A DNA stretch of 64,000 nucleotides from Lineus longissimus (lineage: Eukaryota), in NCBI RefSeq assembly GCF_910592395.1, contig NC_088308.1, forward strand, positions 248,001 to 312,000, given 5' to 3'. The position numbers and the translations under genes are program-made. Below, one piece after another: positions 14,201-26,800 of the stretch. Under the pieces are notes generated by a model. It was not told where the DNA came from and did not search any database. It worked only from the letters and a program-made list of their open reading frames with translations. Position 1 is the stretch's first letter. Each line of letters starts with the position of its first letter.

Positions 14201-14327
14201 GTGCATGTAGCCATTGATTCAATGACAACCAGCTTTGAAAGTCTGAGAAGTCAAATCCAAACACACTTCTCATCCTTCCTTTCTCCGTCACGATGTGTCC
14301 ACGTTTATCATCTCCACCTGTTGCCAT
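2278..14327 (-). CDS. GGCX: Vitamin K-dependent gamma-glutamyl carboxylase, 15 coding exons, ~751 aa
   Basis: Exons (plus coordinates, all GT/AG and phase-consistent): 14159-14327, 13594-13749, 11223-11388, 10933-11011, 10556-10662, 9389-9552, 8979-9154, 8679-8825, 8279-8410, 4689-4843, 4264-4442, 3746-3885, 3433-3595, 2929-3073, 2278-2455; total 2256 nt. Diagnostic GGCX motifs: [40 protein letters not shown] (catalytic Lys region), [53 protein letters not shown]. An in-frame TAG upstream supports the ATG at 14327. Confidence 0.96.
5723..5772. repeat. 17-bp tandem repeat x3 (gatactggcgctagctc)
   Basis: Three adjacent copies ~130 bp upstream of the TRPV-like ORF. Confidence 0.85.
5902..8082 (+). 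CDS. TRPV5/6-like transient receptor potential cation channel, single coding exon, nested antisense in a GGCX intron
   Basis: 726-aa uninterrupted ORF from the first ATG. Ankyrin-like segments GHNLINALV and [27 protein letters not shown] linker [22 protein letters not shown]; six hydrophobic segments including S4-S5 [22 protein letters not shown]; pore helix/filter [21 protein letters not shown]6 [19 protein letters not shown] acceptor at 5879-5881 suggests an upstream 5' exon. AATAAA at 8260-8265. Confidence 0.85.
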   Translation: MSGERLIHPNSNLEMSSAVFKVNMADETSDQASPPAVETVEVKTPQRFELSLPITKPGINDEGHVDTDAADLQSDDTDKPGSDSVCSKVKVICSVEDVTDFIRKASPEMGIELSGSIKSKFLQILYEDDVTSLREIYGNLSHQHQVMFHRMILQGNEVNVSSKDCDYVSVLLKQTNFKLAPMSAALFGSKDVVEFYYEKFACEILDIMENGHNLINALVLGCHMKQRPEEVYLEMYTNIFKFYQDGIRRKTLLYFQSGEGLRPVELATKLKQYKLVKEILDTEHVYKVAIMEYGPHLHITYDISEYFTSGTRQDKSPLNDIVNIRDDTLPVLRNSGLLQEPVIRAFMRSIIHKNRIIVVLWMALRLTLVAFAMTQSARSSSLFLDINYILLTKDSHKVALDSLISNNISRTADMNTSIYQRWGNASFNGSLDSVLCYLSTLLKDRQSTYPKSTLGDDLLLSLCIFSFLYDVIEMIVVLVKRLMSRRRGGTPSFGEESGSFVVSSLFYRITFFMMTLSYIMFFWIGLFFVPMAQANFNMAHSFAIVASTAYALYKILTIWSLLYFIQLFPGLGIFVIGFQRMMLALMHFILIFALIFISFALTFGGILSLDCNMPQFADFWSSLYSCVLLMLNMIDLRTFDVQIQSIVFILHFVFIMIVTVLIINFLIALMSNRYAEMTAYSDIIHKLCCLDVALTAASRVNTICPWYRRKRNEKMVVTRPRPDTHK
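11358..12768. repeat. 89-bp minisatellite, ~16 copies, containing the GGCX exon-3 splice acceptor and first ~31 exon nt
   Basis: Unit tacaggaagccaaacatgatgccaagggcacctgcaattagaaccaaacttgcacctacagcagacacctctgtttgcaggtcaacctc, with starts at 11358, 11447 and onward; one shortened unit near 11700. Confidence 0.95.
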
Positions 14328-15407
14328 GTCGTCTGTTGCCGAGGTACTCTCACCGACAGTTGCTGTTGCTCTGATGAGCTACATCAACGTGACTGCAAGA
14401 CAATAAGATGCATTAGGAGACTACCACTCCCTGAAATACACTGGCTGGCTTGAAGTGGCTTCAGCTTTCAAATGTTTCACTTGAAATGCCAGATGGAATG
14501 TTAGCTTTGGTTTAGTTCAGATACTGTCATCTGAGAAGTTCCCAATTAGAAGGGTATATCTAGTTTATCCAATATGAATGCAATACATGATCCTCATGCA
14601 CTGCAACACAAGTACATGAGTACCTTGAATAAACTGCACATTAACTGGTGATAAGCAGATCATACTGTACATTAACTGGTGATAAGCAGATCATATGTGT
14701 ACTGTTTTGCATTGGACCTTTGCTATTTTGATTGATGTTTGGAGAGGATTCGTCGGCCTCATCTCACGAACTACAGGTTAATTCCAGGGTCAGGAGTCGG
14801 GAGTATCAGTGTGTGCAAGGGGAGGAGCATTCAACTGACCATGGTATTCGAGGATGCATGTGATGAAGATTGATATAATAGGCCTCGTGTCACTAGTGTC
14901 ATTTATCAATACTCGAGCCCGGTTAGTTGGAAAGCACGTTAGCTTCAAACACCATGTTGACATGTTGTTACATACATGTTTGACACGATGTAGGCCTGCA
15001 TAGCATGAACGATTATGATGTTGATGACTCAGTAATTGACATATATAGCTTCCGTCTTTTGACCAACTTTTGATTCTTAGCCTAGCCTCATATCTAAGAC
15101 TTTATCTTACATTGTCTGGTTCTCAATCTGTAACCACCTACTTGTTCCGGTCCCTTGTTCCAATAGTTTCTGATTGTCAACAGCACAAAGATTGGAATAA
15201 AATACGGTCCTAAAATACGAATAATCAGATAATATAAACTGGAAATACTGTAAAATCGAAAAAGAAAGTCGTGCTTGGCTGCGCGAACGAAGTACGGTCG
15301 TTATAGCTTCTGATTGGACAATCTCACTACTGTAAAACGGTTAGGGGCCGTTTTTTGTATTGCGATGCCTCCTGTATTACATTACAGCATGTTCATGTAG
15401 TTGGGAG

Positions 15408-15524
15408 CACCGGGGGGATTCGAACCAGCGCAAAAAGAAAAACCAGTTGGGGCAGCGCCTCAGACCACTGAGCTACCGAAGTACAGGTTGAACAGAGAGA
15501 GCGGTAGCCGGTAGATATTCAGCG
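15408..15524 (-). mobile_element. tRNA-derived (Pol III A/B box) SINE-like fragment
   Basis: Minus strand reads TGAATATCTACCGGCTACCGCTCTCTC...GGTAGCTCAGTGGTCTGAGGCGC...GCGCTGGTTCGAATCCC. A related copy lies at 16988-17103. Confidence 0.6.
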
Positions 15525-15969
15525 CGGGGGTGGGCGACTCTGCTTGGGTCTTTTAGGTCTTTTTTGGTAGGGATCCCATGATTACGGCCAGTAGCTCCGG
15601 GCGAAAGATGTACACCTCATATAATAAATCATCAAGAACGTTAAAGAACCTTTTTCTGTTAATCGATATCGTCATCGGATCTAAACCACCGCGCTTGAAG
15701 TCACCTTCTGAGGAAGAAATTATCAAACAGTTACCGGAATTATCGAGACTCTACTGTCCCAGACACATGAGATGTCTGTGGTACACAATTTGTACATGGT
15801 ACATGAGCTGTTTCAGGTACAGCCCGGGGGGAGTGCATGAGCCTAATGGCCAGTAGGGTCATGATTATGTCCTAGGTACCTTATGAGCTAGATCTAGTAG
15901 ACTCCTTGAGTTGTCCAGCAGGATATTTGGGCCTGTCTTCAATGGTTCATTCAAGACAGCAAGAACCAG

Positions 15970-16870
15970 GTGCATGTGAGGTTGTCTCTTCGGCCAGGGG
16001 ATGACTGTCTTCAAGAGTGCCTTGAGACACCATCGCTATACATTGCAGGCGCTGGTGTTGTCCCCAGTGCATGTGAGGTTGTCTCTTCGGCCAGGGGATG
16101 ACTGTCTTCAAGAGTGCCTTGAGACACCATCGCTATACATTGCAGGCGCTGGTGTTGTCCCCAGTGCATGTGAGGTTGTCTCTTCGGCCAGGGGCTGACT
16201 GTCTTCAAGAGTGCCTTGAGACACCATCACTATACATTGCAGGCGCTGGTGTTGTCCCCATGTGAGGTTGTCTCTTTGGCCAGGGGCTGACTGTCTTCAA
16301 GAGTGCCTTGAGACACCATCGCTATACATTGCAGGCGCTGGTGTTGTCCCCAGTGCATGTGAGGTTGTCTCTTCGGCTAGGGGTGACTGTCTTCAAGAGT
16401 GCCTTGAGACACCATCGCTATACATTGCAGGCACTGGTGTTGTCCCCATGCGAGGTTGTCTCTTCGGCCAGGGGGTGACTGTCTTCAAGAGTGCCTTGAG
16501 ACACCATCGCTATACATTGCAGGCGCTGGTGTTGTCCCCAGTGCATGCGAGGTTGTCTCTTCGGCCAGGGGATGACTGTCTTCAAGAGTGCCTTGAGACT
16601 GTGACACCATATACATTGCAGGCGCTGGTGTTGTCCCCAGTGCATGTGAGGTTGTCTCTTCGGCTAGGGGGTGACTGTCTTCAAGAGTGCCTTGAGACTG
16701 TGACACCATATACATTGCAGGCGCTGGTGTTGTCCCCAGTGCATGCGAGGTTGTCTCTATTGCAAGGTGGAACATGTCTTGAAGAGAGCATCGTGACAGC
16801 AGCGCTATCCATTACAGGCACTGGTGTGGTCCCCAGTGGATGTGAGGCTGTTTCTGCATGCTGAGTTTGT
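15970..16870. repeat. 97-bp minisatellite, ~9 copies, degenerating at the right edge
   Basis: Unit gtgcatgtgaggttgtctcttcggccaggggatgactgtcttcaagagtgccttgagacaccatcgctatacattgcaggcgctggtgttgtcccca, with starts at 15970, 16067 and onward. Confidence 0.92.
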
Positions 16871-16987
16871 GACCGTCTTCAACAGCGTGCATTCGGCTCG
16901 GGTAAAATGGCCCAGCTTACAAACACAGCCATCTAGCGGATGCGGAAAGAACTACAGCGTGACACATTTTATTTCTCAAGGATTCCC

Positions 16988-17103
16988 CGTTGGGATTCGA
17001 ACCAGCGCAAAAAGTAAAAACCAATCAGGTCGGCGCCTCAGACCACTGGGCTACGGAAGTACGACTGGAATGTGGAGAGCGGTAGCCGGTACATATTCAG
17101 CAC
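16988..17103 (-). mobile_element. tRNA-derived SINE-like fragment (second copy)
   Basis: Plus strand gggattcgaaccagcgc...cgcctcagaccactgggctac...gagagcggtagccggtacatattcagc, homologous to 15408-15524. Confidence 0.6.
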
Positions 17104-17800
17104 TCCAAATCCTAGGGTCCTCTTTATTTTACATATGGAGAATAGGTCCTTGTGGCAATTTAGTTATAAGCAACAGCGCAAGACATACTTCACGGGGTGT
17201 TTAGGTACTAAGCTATCTTTAAAAGCCGTGATTGTATCTTTGATAAAAACAAGACAAAACAGTTTTCCTCTGTCAAGTAATATTGTCTAAGACCTAGCTG
17301 TACTTTTATTCTAATAAGCAGGCAGTTGATTCGTTTTTTAATTAACAATTCCACCTGAGAATTCTAATACCTTCTGCTGATGGTTACGCTGCACTTTATT
17401 CTGAAACAACTGTGCAGATGGTGATGTGCAGGGGTTTCTTGCATCTTCATACAACACACTCGAAGACTTGTCAATATAAAACTGTGGAGGACCATATAAA
17501 CGACGTGTTGCCTGATGACTTTTGTAGAGGAGGCTTGGTCAAACAATGTAAAACCAGCATCGTTTTGACGAGATGATGAATGATGACGAAACACCTCGAT
17601 ATACTTCGTCGCTTCTTTATTATGAATGAATCAGACTGCATGAATTATTACAGAAGTGGATGCCTGAAATAAAGGCAATATACATGTATAGTAAGTCATT
17701 TTTAGGCAGGATTGCCATCCCTAGGTGTGTAGATAATTCCTTCTGTTGTGGTCCGATTTTCACCAAGCAACCGTTGACACTGACAGATCGAAATATCTTT

Positions 17801-20800
17801 TCCTGGAAAGAAGATTGATGAGTGTGTAGACATAGCTTTGCAGAGGAAGTTGATCCGTGGTAACATTCAGTACACATGAAACTAGCTACTATCAATAAAC
17901 TCTGAGGTGTCAGCTAATCATTGCGGCAAAAGATGTACAAATTGAGTACATTAATTCATAGGAAAATAAATCTTTTTTTCTGTCATGGCAGAAAATAAAC
18001 AGTGTGTGTTCGTGCGGGGGGGGGGATCCTTTTCTTTAAATACTAAATTATGACAAGCAGTCTTTCTGCATGCGATGGCTATTTTATAAATGCTGATACA
18101 TTGCGTAAAAAGACCTACTTACAGCGGCCGGAGAGGTGAGTGCTTGTTGCCAAACCTGAACAATAGAGACAAATATATATCAATGTATATATCGATGCAG
18201 GTTACCAGATTTGAAAAGTACTAAGATGTCGACGTGACTTGCTCTAGAATCAAAGGCGAACAAATAAAGTAAGGAACATTTCACAAAATGGTTCGTGTCA
18301 GTTATCCAACTCTATTTTCAGAGTAATATTAAGTTATCGGAAGTGATATCATCATTGGACGACTTTACATCTTATGACCATTGCTTGTGAGTTATTAGAA
18401 ATCTTTTAGGAGAGGCTTTGAACTCCCAAGTCGTTATCTTACCTGTACACGGTGGCTTTTTACAAGGTTTGAATGTCTTGTCGTAAGGTTTAGCATCAGC
18501 CTTATCACTCTTTGTTTTGCACAGGGAAATACTGCAATGTTTTGTCTTCTTGAAGAAGTAGGCTCCTGAACAAAGTGTGGTGTGGGCACAAGCTTCTTTG
18601 CAATCATCGTCAGTTTTCACAGTCTTGTGGAATATTGATTCCTTGCCACGAGCTAAATAGAGAACGAGATTGACCGTTTGAGTAAATGCAAGAAAGTGTA
18701 CAAGGAGTGTCTTTTTGTGAAATAGAGTAAGTAACTTTGACCACCACCCAGCCTTCTCCATGTCTCATGTGGACACGGGATTGGTAGACATAACCAATTG
18801 ACCAGTGTGAATTATAAAACGAATTATGACGAGGTGATAATTTCAACATATCTGTTGAAGGGTTGTATTGGACGTCTGTCGTCTGAAAACTTACTCTTGC
18901 ACTTATGCATTCGACCTGCAATAAGAAGAGGAATAATTAGTTATTTGCCTATTCATTCTTTGATTCAATCATTCTTTCCATCCTTCCTAGAATACCGGTT
19001 CTCACCTTGATAAATGGATAACAGTGAAAAGATACGAAATGAAATAACAAAACGAGCCAAAGATTCGGGCGAGATATGATGACTCTCATGACTGTTTAGT
19101 GGCTGCCTTACCAGCAAGTCGATGATTATTATCTACATATACATGTAATCACTGTCTCAGTTTAGCGCAGTTCACGGCAAAGGACCATAGGCCTATGCCC
19201 GCGTGTCGGGGGGGGGGGGGGGACTGTAGTCTCCTAGCTTCGCTGTTAGTAGCCGTCGCTAAATCTTCACATGCTGAGTTTACTGGCTCTCCCAAGATTT
19301 ACTACCATTGACTCCGATGTGAATAATGTGTGCGCTCTCATTCGAGATTGAGTAACCAATGCAGTGTAACAGAGCGCTGCTATGTCGTTTTCTAGGACGA
19401 AACATTGTGTGTTCACCATCACATCTGGTACCTATGATGTCATTTTGAAATGGGAACCTAGGTCTGCAAATCACAAAGCCTGTCTGTAATCACCTCTTGG
19501 GAGGCGCCCAACTTTTCTCTATTACGATCAAACATCAAGGACGAGTGCATGACAAAATGGCTTACTTCTGACTCCACACAATGTATATTCCGTGTGCGAA
19601 AGCTTCGCCATACTGTTGGACTGCCCAAGAGAACTGCATACCAGGTAACAGGCTCCGTTCATCATTACCCATTTGAAACACGTTCCTCCTCCTAGTTTCT
19701 TGCACTCTGCTGCACAGGCGGAGTTTTTCGTGATTGTCTTCGAGTAGAGAACGGATAAAAAGAAGTGTTGGGGACCTGAAGGAGAACCACAAGAACATCA
19801 ATGATATAAACATGGAATCCACTGTGGAATCCACTGTGGAATCCACTGTGGAATCCAGTGTGGAATCCACTGTGGAATCCACTGTGGCATCCACTGTGGC
19901 ATCCACTGTGGCATCCACTGTGGCATCCACTGTGGCATCCACTGTGGCATCCACTGTGGCATCCACTGTGGCATCCACTGTGGCATCCACTGTGGCATCC
20001 ACTGTGGCATCCACTGTGGCATCCACTGTGGCATCCACTGTGGCATCCACTGTGGCATCCACTGTTAACTGATGTGATCAACTTTGTGGGGAAGCTACGC
20101 TCGGCTAAAGGGACTGGTCTTTTTTACCGAATTACCAGAAAAAGCGGATTGTTTTATTAGAAAAACCTTACACCAAAATATCTGCGGATTGTAGCCACTC
20201 TTTTTCTTTTTCTTCCCTTCTACGGCCTTTCCTGAAATAAAGGTATCTGTGTTACGAAAATCTAATGAAGCAGTTTTGATATAACGTACGAATGGGGAAA
20301 TACATGGTTCTATCTCAACGCTAGGTTGATATGGGTAAACATCAATTTAGTGAATGTCCAAAAGGTGCCATGCAGGCCCCACCTGTCGGTTTTGGTGGAA
20401 CCATCCCATGCCTATCTCAAAGGTTTTGTGGCAGATAATACCTTCGAATCAATGACCAAGAAATGAAATTTCTCATAAGAAGTGTTCAATGCTTGCAGTT
20501 GCTATTAACTATATTGAATTTACCATGGCATGGCTTGTGACTGCACTGTTTGAATGCTTTGTCAGCCGGTTTGGGCATCGCCTTTCCCTTCTCCTGGCAG
20601 ACCTTCATAGTACAGAGCTTGTGTGTGGTGAGGTAATATATTCCAGAACAGGCCGATGTCTGAGAACACGTGGACTTGCATTCATCGAGAGCAATCTTCT
20701 TCTTGTTATACACGTGTTCAGTACCTAGATTTAGAAAGATATCAGTTTGTATAGAATTCGACCACGATCTTAGGTTGGGTGGAAACACTGTTGAATCTAC

Positions 20801-23800
20801 GATTCCGCAACCATCGCATGCAGGTTGCCCCCCAACTTAGCAGACCGTATTATAGCTGGCGGTGGGGTTAATCTTAACTCATTGAGAACGGCGAGCCACT
20901 ACATACCCACATTGGCTTCTTTGCTAATATCCGAGTTAATTGTAAACATCTCTGATAGAAGAATTGACTTGAGCAGGTCCTTGTGTTGATCATGAAGGAG
21001 ATTTGCAAAGCAGGGGAAGAACAAAGTCTCCACTGGATCATTAAAAATGAATTTACCCCTCTCAAGAACCCAACTTTACTGTTATGTCGATTTCGTTCTT
21101 GGCAAACGAAGTAGAACAAGAAGGTGTACCATGTGCACTTACCCTTACCACTGCAAACCACATTTCCTGGTAAAGAAAAACGATACACATTCGTACTGAA
21201 TTGAAATTCTGCGTGATAAATTCTACTCTACACGACGATGATATAATTGTCATAAAATCAGATAGGATTAAAATGGTTTTATCCTGTGGTATTCTTGTTG
21301 TGACCTTTTCCCGAAAAAAAAAACCCGATTCAAGTTGATGGAACACTCTCGGTGAACTACAGACAACAAGTATCTGGTTTATCTTATCTTTCCATCATAG
21401 CAGGAAAGTGAAACAGTCTGAACAGACTCACCTAGACCAAGTATTGATGGAACATAAGGGAGTTGAGAGCTGCACCGTCACATCACAAAATAAATCTTGA
21501 GAAACATTCGCATGGTGGAAAACCATCACTTAACTACTCACTGGTACAAAATGTAAACTGCTTCTCTGACATTGTCTTCATTCCGACCAGTTTGGAGCTT
21601 TTTGGGACGGTAAGATGACACAACCCGTCCATCATTGTCCAAGTGCTGCAATGCCCTTTAACACAAAGAGCCTTACAAGCTGATGCAGTGATTGTCTTCT
21701 TAGACTCCAACACACTAAACCAGAAGCTCATTGCACCTATTCAAGAGAGAGGAAGCATATGAGATATGTCACGGTGAATATATTGATTTACTTTCTCCTA
21801 TGATTCACACTGCTTTGTGCAAGTCCCTGTTGGCTAGATGTCACATTTAACATTTTGTCTCACAAAGCTAAATCTCAGGTAAAATCGTGAGTAGACTCCA
21901 CGAGAGCAATTATTTATATGATGAGTACTTTACTTACAGTTAAGTGGTTTGGCCTTTTTCTGAGCTTTTTTCTTCTCTGGCTTTTTCACATTCTTCTTTC
22001 GGGCCTTTTTTTCATCTCTTGGGTGGCCTAAAATAAGATGAATTCATTGATTTAGTATCATTACTTAAACCCCAACACATTATTACTAACATTCCAACAC
22101 TTAAAGGCATATATTTGGCTTGCTCTGGCGTATATGAGTAAAATGCAACACAGATCAACTAAATTAATCCTGTGATTGACCTATATTCATTGACGATGTA
22201 TAATTGCCTTTTAAGTGTTTACCTTGACATGGCTTGTGACTGCATGGCTTGAAAGTCTTATCAGCTGGCTTGGCAACATCCTTACTCCCCTTCTTCTGGC
22301 AAACTCTAATGGTACAAAGCTTCTGCTTGGTAAGGTAGTACATTCCGCTGCAGGTAGCTGTGTTGGAACACGCGGTCTTGCAATGATGGACATTTTTCAT
22401 CTTCTTATGATAGACCTTTTCCAGTCCTTTATTGAAGAATAGTAATGGGTAGTTTGGAAATTAGTAGCAGTTTTTCAATACTCTTTGACTACTAATTGAT
22501 AAATTAGTCAACTAAGAGTCACCGACCAAAGACTGAATTCTCTTCATTGCTGTCTGCCAATATTTGGTATAGCAGTGTATCGTTGTCAACATCGATATGA
22601 GCTTCTTGCTCCTTTGCAAATATGGGAATTTCTATCAGGCTCAGTAGCAACAACCGTAGCCATTTCTATCAGGCTCAGTAGCAACAATCGTAGCCATTTC
22701 TATCAGGCTCAGTAGCAACAATCGTAGCCATTTCTATCAGGCTCAGTAGCAACAATCGTAGCCATTTCTATCAGGCTCAGTAGCAACAACCGTAGCCATT
22801 TCTATCAGGCTCAGTAGCAACAATCGTAGCCATTTCTATCAGGCTCAGTAGCAACAACCGTAGCCATTTCTATCAGGCTCAGTAGCAACAATCGTAGCCA
22901 TTTCTATCAGGCTCAGTAGCAACAACCGTAGCCATTTCTATCAGGCTCAGTAGCAACAATCGTAGCCATTTCTATCAGGCTCAGTAGCAACAATCGTAGC
23001 CATTTCTATCAGGCTCAGTAGCAACAATCGTAGCCATTTCTATCAGGCTCAGTAGCAACAATCGTAGCCATTTCTATCAGGCTCAGTAGCAAAAATCGTA
23101 GCCATTTCTATCAGGCTCAGTAGCAACAATCGTAGCCATTTCTATCAGGCTCAGTAGCAACAATCGTAGCCATTTCTATCAGGCTCAGTAGCAACAATCG
23201 TAGCCATTTCTATCAGGCTCAGTAGCAACAATCGTAGCCATTTCTATCAGGCTCAGTAGCAACAATCGTAGCCATTTCTATCAGGCTCAGTAGCAACAAT
23301 CGTAGCCATTTCTATCAGGCTCAGTAGCAACAATCGTAGCCATTTCTATCAGGCTCAGTAGCAACAACCGTAGCCATTTCTATCAGGCTCAGTAGCAACA
23401 ATCGTAGCCATTTCTATCAGGCTCAGTAGCAACAATCGTAGCCATTTCTATCAGGCTCAGTAGCAACAATCGTAGCCATTTCTATCAGGCTCAGTAGCAA
23501 CAATCGTAGCCATTTCTATCAGGCTCAGTAGCAACAATCGTAGCAGCTTACAACTGCACGAAGGTTGTGTATGACCCAATCGACCATTTTTAAGGTTATA
23601 AGACATAGCCGACATCATGACAAAGTTCGGGGCGACGTAAGTTGAAGTAATGGCAGATTCTACTTGTAGGAGTTACTTCTTTTTTATGCATACACCGCCC
23701 ATCGGGTTGTATTTATTGAAGAAATGTAAGTAATGTTGAACACACATACCTGCGCATGCTAACATTTTTCCTAAAAAAAGGAATATTGTGAAAGATGATT

Positions 23801-26800
23801 TCATGCTGTGTGAAGAGCGTGTTTCAGGCTTGGAGAGCTATTGAACGGGAAAACTATATAGACTTATAAAGTAGCACTATCTTCCCTTCGCGAATACTGT
23901 TAAGCACTAAATTTTTTTCAACGCTATTTTTCTGATACGTGGAAAATTTTATAAAAAAGAAAAAAATCTCGATTTTAATTTTTTGGGCAATGATGAAGTC
24001 TCTTTCAGTTTCGGAGGCCACCCTTCCGAATAGTATGATTTCAGTTGTCAACTGATTACTAAGTAATTCATAAACCTACTTGTTTTTAGGGTATTTTAAT
24101 TGGTTAATTCTTTTCTGCTCTATCCTTGTAGTACATGTACCTGATAATGAAGCATAGCGAGGCAACTATCTTTAGTTCTTACCTTTGCAAAATGTGAAGA
24201 GTTTCTTTGTCATTGTCTTCATGCCATTCAACTTGGAGCGATGCTTTGAAACGGTAAGATGACAAAGGTTCGCCATCATTGTCCATCTAAAGCAACGATC
24301 TTTGGAACAGAGAGTCTTGCAATGTGCACTGGTAGTTGTTTTCTTGGATTCAAGCAGATTGAGCATATGAGTCAGCCTACCTTTAAAACAAACAAAACAT
24401 TTCACCCTTCTCACACTGTTAGATGGAACCATAGTCCTTCGGTAGGGCGTTTCGGTTTATCTTTACTCAAATGAATGTAGTGAGAACTTTTGTCACTAAT
24501 TTTTTTCCATCTCTTCAAATTCTCCCTTTTTCTATCAGATTGTTTCTGCAAAGATGTGTTCTTTTAGACCGAGTGAAACGTATTTTCTAACGTCGGCACA
24601 TCCTAATATCGAGGAAATTAACCTCGTTCTCGGCCATCTGCACCATTCTGCACAAGAACGAGGTTGATTTAAAATGGTGATTTGAGTATGATAAAAATAA
24701 CTCACAATTGAGTCTGCTATTCTGCTTGCCACGTCCACCTTTCCTTGTTCCTCTCTTCGCTTGACCTGCGTCGCAAAAGAAAAACATGTTTTGTAGTGGC
24801 GCCACTTATTGCTTGCGAAACAAGTTGAATGCAATATGAGCGATAGAAGATTAGTTTCCCTGGGTCTGATCAGTCTCAAAGAAAAAATAATAATTTGTAG
24901 TACTTCGCTGCAATAGTTGGTCTCAGCCTGCCCCTGCTCTCGCGTCCAGCATCAGTTTAATGTCATAGATGACCAAAGTCAAGAATGAAATAGATTTGAT
25001 GATTTGCGGAGTGAATGATTGGGTCTTACTGACCAAGCTTGGGCCATCTGGACGACCAAACTTTGGTCTATTGATGGTGATTTATTGTTCGACAACCGCC
25101 GCGTTAACTTTTAAAAAAAGCCGCAACATTTTGGATCATTTCCAGCCTTACCTTGACATGGCTTGTGACTGCATGGCTTGAAAGTCTTATCAGCTGGCTT
25201 GGCAACATCCTTACTCCCCCTCTTCTGGCAAACTCTAATGGTACAAAGCTTCTGCTTGGTAAGGTAGTACACTCCGCTGCAGGTAGCTGTTTTGGAACAT
25301 GCGGTCTTGCAATGATGGACATTTTTCATCTTCTTATGATAGACCTTTTCAGTACCTGAGTTTGGAGTGATTGACACCAGCCAAAATGTTTATTAGTGTA
25401 TTTACAGCTACTACAAGACAAGTTTTATTAGATTATAAACTCCACGTGGAAAATACCTTACACTCTAACACTTTCTTGCATTTGATCTTACTGGTCAATA
25501 TGAATGTGCACGTTTAGTTTGAACTACCAGGACGTATAAAAAACACTACAAGAAAGTTCTCCAAATCTCACATCAAAAGTGGCTCTTGATAAAGAATCGT
25601 ACTCACCATGGCAGCGTTTCTTTCCTATCAAGTAGAATTGTAGAAATATCAATACTCTGAGACTTAATATGAGTTTCATTCAGAAACATATCGCGGTATT
25701 GATTGCCCTGTCGAGTGCTTCGCAAAGTCCATTCACTACCAAATCGTCATGTAATCGCAATATCAAAAGTACATATCAAAAATATTCTATCTCTTACTGT
25801 TCAGTGATCTGTAGGTAATGTTTTTTTCTTGATACGCTGAGTAGAATGGTTTGACGTCTTTTTACTTGAAGTTCGACTCTGGAGAACGCACACAAATATT
25901 ACACTTGTTTCAAGGATATAAAGTTGTCAAATAGTCGTCATTGCATTTCCTTCTTACCCGAGCAGAACGTGAATTGTTTCTTCGTCATTGACTTCATACC
26001 GACCAATTTTGACCGTTTCGGAACCGATAGATGACAGAGGCCAGCCATCATGGTCCATTTGCTGCAATGGCCCGTTGTACACAGAGCTTGGCATGCTGCC
26101 GCTGTAGTAGTCTTCTTCGATTCCAACACATGGTACTTCTTACCGGCCTGATGACCTGTGAAAATAAGAAAGCATTCTTTTAGCTTTGATTGGTAATGAA
26201 GCAAAGATTTCAAGATGAAACGGTTGGTCATAAGGGCGTTCTCCTCATTATTTTGTCTTATAGTCACTTGACTATTTAGTGTTTAGTAAAATCAATCTAT
26301 GGAAAAAGTCGCAACCTGATCCAATTTCATCTCGACGTTTATTGTACCTTTGACTATGGAGAACTCGTACTGAAGGTCGGACAAAAGTGACAAAATGATA
26401 TATCAACAATACTCACAACGCGTGAGACCACCTTTCCTTTTGGCCAATCCGCCTTTTTTTCTTGCTCGTCCCGCAGCTTTACCTGTGTCACAAAAGGAAA
26501 ATGTGTTATCATTAGCATATTCGGCCTTCAACTTGATATACCGTGATCCCTGCATGTAATGTTAATTTGTGCAAGTGCAAAAACTGCTTGTGGTTGAACC
26601 TTTTAGTGCACATCTAAGGCAATGATTGTTTGTGCCAGGCTAACCTGTGTTGATTAAAAGGAACAGACTTGGGTCCCAACGACCAGACTTGGCACAGCCA
26701 GACTTTTGTCTAGATATAACGATTGTCTTGAAAGGTGCTGCAATTGGAAAAAAGCCTACATCATTGTGGCTGATCTGCATCTTTACCTTGACATGGCTTG

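Noticed and set aside
16001..16864. ORFs in the 97-bp repeat as a repeat protein
   Set aside because: Unit length is not a multiple of 3, so the frame shifts between units.
19562..20160. DATV/SGCH/STVA/WHPL repeat ORFs
   Set aside because: Translations of a 12-bp intronic repeat open in several frames; the true exon is 19566-19775 in another frame.
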